Of a DNA stretch of 64,000 bases, positions 54,999 through 64,000 are shown piece by piece. The notes beneath the pieces are model-generated. The model saw only the letters and a program-made list of their open reading frames with translations, made no database searches and had not been told where the DNA came from. This DNA is from Flavisolibacter sp. (GTDB taxonomy: Bacteria > Bacteroidota > Bacteroidia > Chitinophagales > Chitinophagaceae), in contig DATMIF010000004.1 in NCBI GenBank assembly GCA_035554655.1, positions 8,922-72,921 of the forward strand, in the 5' to 3' direction. The translations under genes were made by a program, and so were the position numbers. Every line of letters starts with the position of its first letter. Within the stretch, counting starts at the first letter, position 1.

Positions 54999-55150
54999 TG
55001 ACTATTAGTTTCAATTTTGTTTGCTGAAATGTAACCATGCGAATTCGTAAAAGGCAAACACTGCTCTTAAATCCCTTTCAACTTGCAGGGGAAATCAACC
55101 AATCGTTCAGGACATTCATGTTTAACCATAACAACCAGTTCTTAATTTAA

Positions 55151-56293
<1,143 letters not shown>

Positions 56294-56356
56294 AAGTTCT
56301 GAATCTAATAATAGCAGAGAGGCAGTCTCCTGTTATTAATTCAGTTCATCGCACTA

Positions 56357-57319
56357 TTGGAAAATTATAGGTTAATTATAAAACAAGCAGATGTGATACG
56401 TGAATTGGTGAACTCACAAAAAGGCAGAACTAAAGCAAGCAAATCATATTTGATGATTTGCTTGTTCTTTTCTTTTATTGCCCATGCACAGGAAATTGTT
56501 GAATTGTACCCAAGTACAGTTCCTAATTCGAAACAAAGTGAAAAAAAGGAAACATTTACTTCAGGAATGTTCCGAGACGTAACAAAGCCAACACTGGAAA
56601 TTTATCTTCCTGAAAAAGAAAAAGCAACAGGTACTGCAGTTATTATTATTCCCGGCGGAAGTTATGCCGTAGTTGTTTACCAGGGAGAAGGTGTTTCAAA
56701 CGCAAAGCAATTTGCAAAGAATGGCATTGCTGCTTTTGTTTTAAAATACAGGTTGCCCGATGATTCCATCATGGTGAATAAAGCCATTGGTCCTTTACAG
56801 GACGCACAGCAAGCTATAAAATACGTTCGTGAAAATGCCGCTAAGTGGGGAGTTGATGTAAACAAGATCGGCATCGTTGGGTTTTCTGCCGGCGGACATT
56901 TAGCTTCCACTGCTGCAACGCATTTTCAAAAACCGCTGATCGAAAATTCAAACAATACAAATCTGCGTCCTGATTTCCAGGTAGTGGTTTACCCGGTAAT
57001 AAGTATGCAGGATAGTTTGACGCACAGCGATTCGAGAAAAAATTTGCTTGGTAAAAATCCATCTAAAGAAACTATCGATCTATACTCAAACGAATTGCAG
57101 GTAACCAACAATACACCGCCTGCCTACATAACACATGCGGCGGACGATAAAGTAGTGGATGTAGACAATAGCGTTAGATATTTTGAAGCGTTAAGACATA
57201 ATAAGATTCCTGTTGAAATGCATATCTATCAAAGCGGAGGACATGGATTTATTTTCCGCCAACCGGATTGGATTGATCCTTTGCTTTTGTGGCTGAAGAA
57301 AAATAAATGGATTAACTAA
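56357..57319 (+). CDS. Alpha/beta hydrolase, acetyl/feruloyl esterase-like (Abhydrolase_3 / BD-FAE type)
   Basis: Motifs IIIPGGSY, GFSAGGHLAS (GxSxG) and HADDKVV are present, plus HIYQSGGHGF. The likely true start is the ATG at 56453, which gives a signal peptide. The ORF-track start is a TTG. Confidence 0.85.
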   Translation: MENYRLIIKQADVIRELVNSQKGRTKASKSYLMICLFFSFIAHAQEIVELYPSTVPNSKQSEKKETFTSGMFRDVTKPTLEIYLPEKEKATGTAVIIIPGGSYAVVVYQGEGVSNAKQFAKNGIAAFVLKYRLPDDSIMVNKAIGPLQDAQQAIKYVRENAAKWGVDVNKIGIVGFSAGGHLASTAATHFQKPLIENSNNTNLRPDFQVVVYPVISMQDSLTHSDSRKNLLGKNPSKETIDLYSNELQVTNNTPPAYITHAADDKVVDVDNSVRYFEALRHNKIPVEMHIYQSGGHGFIFRQPDWIDPLLLWLKKNKWIN

Positions 57320-57397
57320 GGTGCAGGCCTCTCTGTAAATGCTCTTTAATTATAAATATTTCGAACCAAAATTTTAATAAAGAACAACAAGAATAAC

Positions 57398-59652
<2,255 letters not shown>

Positions 59653-59674
59653 CGCAACAAATAAATATTGGAAT

Positions 59675-62910
<3,236 letters not shown>

Positions 62911-62922
62911 AATTACTTCCTG

Positions 62923-64000
62923 ATGAATAAGGGCTTTTTGTTATTACTCGTGACGTTTGTTATTTCAATTACAATTTGTGGTCAACAGACTACTATCTGC
63001 AATCCTATGAACCTGAGCTACCGCTTTTGTTTGGATACGCCATCTCGACGTGAAGCAGCCGATCCAACTATGGTAGTGTATAAGGGCGAGTATTATTTAT
63101 TTGCATCAAAGTCTGGTGGATATTTTCATTCAATTGATTTTATTCATTGGGATCTTATCACAACCAATGATCTTCCGCTTGAAGATTATGCACCTGCCGC
63201 TGTAGTCATAAATGACACTTTGTATTTCATGGCATCCGCCGGCGCTCCATTGAAAATTTATAAAACAGCAAATCCTAAATCCGGCAAATGGCAGGTGGCT
63301 AATGCTTCATTTCCCATTGGCATGATTGACCCGGATTTATTTGTTGATGATGATGGAAGATTGTTTTTTTATTACGGTTGCTCCAATATTAATCCTATAT
63401 ATGCAGTTGAACTCGACACAAAAACATTGAATCCAATTGGAAAACCTGTAGCTCTTTTTAACAGCAATAAAAAAAATTATGGCTGGGAGAGGAGTGGCGA
63501 TTATAATGACCTCGGTGATAATCCCTGGATTGAAGGTTCATGGATGACAAAACACAATGGCAAGTACTATTTGCAATATGCAGCTCCGGGAACTCAATTT
63601 AAAAGTTACAGCGACGGCTTGTATGTTTCAGACAAACCATTAGGGCCTTTTACTTTAGCCAGCCACAATCCTGTTTCTTATAAACCCGAAGGTTTTGCAG
63701 CCGGTGCAGGGCACAGTAGCACTTTCCAGGATAAATATGGAAACTACTGGCACATATCAACCATGACCATTTCTGTAAAACACATGTTTGAACGAAGGCT
63801 CGGATTGTTTCCAACTTTTTTTGATAAGGATGGAGAAATGTATGTGTACACCGGCTTTGGCGATTTTCCTTTTAAAGTGCCAACAAGAAAAATTAAAAGT
63901 CCCGAAGAATTGTTTCCAAAATGGATGTTGCTTTCTTACAACACACCGGTCCAGGTATCTTCTGAACTAACAGGTCATTCAAAAGAATATGCAACAGATG
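62923..64000 (+). CDS. GH43-family glycosidase, 3' end outside the window
   Basis: The frame is open from the ATG at 62923 to the window end; it is absent from the ORF track because it has no stop. Motifs are signal peptide MNKGFLLLLVTFVISI, DPTMVVYKGEYYLFAS, DPDLFVDDDGRLFFYYG and NPWIEGSWMTKHNGKYYLQYA. Confidence 0.85.
   Translation, partial: MNKGFLLLLVTFVISITICGQQTTICNPMNLSYRFCLDTPSRREAADPTMVVYKGEYYLFASKSGGYFHSIDFIHWDLITTNDLPLEDYAPAAVVINDTLYFMASAGAPLKIYKTANPKSGKWQVANASFPIGMIDPDLFVDDDGRLFFYYGCSNINPIYAVELDTKTLNPIGKPVALFNSNKKNYGWERSGDYNDLGDNPWIEGSWMTKHNGKYYLQYAAPGTQFKSYSDGLYVSDKPLGPFTLASHNPVSYKPEGFAAGAGHSSTFQDKYGNYWHISTMTISVKHMFERRLGLFPTFFDKDGEMYVYTGFGDFPFKVPTRKIKSPEELFPKWMLLSYNTPVQVSSELTGHSKEYATD

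Overview
This window looks like a chromosomal carbohydrate-utilisation super-locus from a Bacteroidota genome. The phylum call rests on the SusC/SusD pair, Bacteroidetes-type -7 promoter boxes and many Sec/Tat-exported enzymes; the content resembles Chitinophagaceae or Sphingobacteriia. I saw no rRNA, tRNA, CRISPR array, transposase, integrase or phage genes.

Layout, left to right:
- 1-3 kb: the 3' end of a histidine kinase, then a GMC oxidoreductase with a Tat-lipoprotein small subunit.
- 5-9.5 kb: three GH43-like beta-propeller genes.
- 10.8-13.2 kb: an ArsR-SRPBCC-DoxX-DUF4256-YdeI stress-type operon with a tandem operator.
- 14-22 kb: a GH67 alpha-glucuronidase, a GH43 beta-xylosidase-like gene, an alginate-lyase-fold protein and an exported beta-propeller.
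- 22.8-38.5 kb: an unusual block. It holds a Tat-Gfo/Idh/MocA oxidoreductase and two paralogous pairs of an exported RraA-like protein plus a Tat-signal enolase-superfamily enzyme. It also holds MFS and BASS transporters, a KGSADH-type aldehyde dehydrogenase, an exported YhcH-like protein, a large unassigned glycosidase-like protein, an FGGY kinase and an AraC regulator.
- 38.7-47.4 kb: a SusC/SusD pair followed directly by an IlvD/Edd pentonate-type dehydratase, an FAH-family enzyme and a GH10 xylanase.
- 47.7-53.4 kb: a DeoR / FucI-like isomerase / split transketolase / FGGY kinase cluster.
- 53.4-54.7 kb: a DUF1593 protein.
- 55-64 kb: an array of CE1-like esterases (one is a fused double esterase), a GH8 and a partial GH43.

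The strongest candidates for new biology are:
- The duplicated RraA-like + enolase-superfamily module, which appears to be extracytoplasmic.
- A near-identical 20-bp motif at fixed spacing from the -7 box of three promoters, which ties these blocks into one putative regulon.
- A Weimberg-like oxidative route wired into the xylan PUL.

Several gene relics are also present: a two-component sensor propeller, an S41 peptidase fragment and a frameshifted exported protein. All functional calls come from reading motifs by eye. No database search was run.
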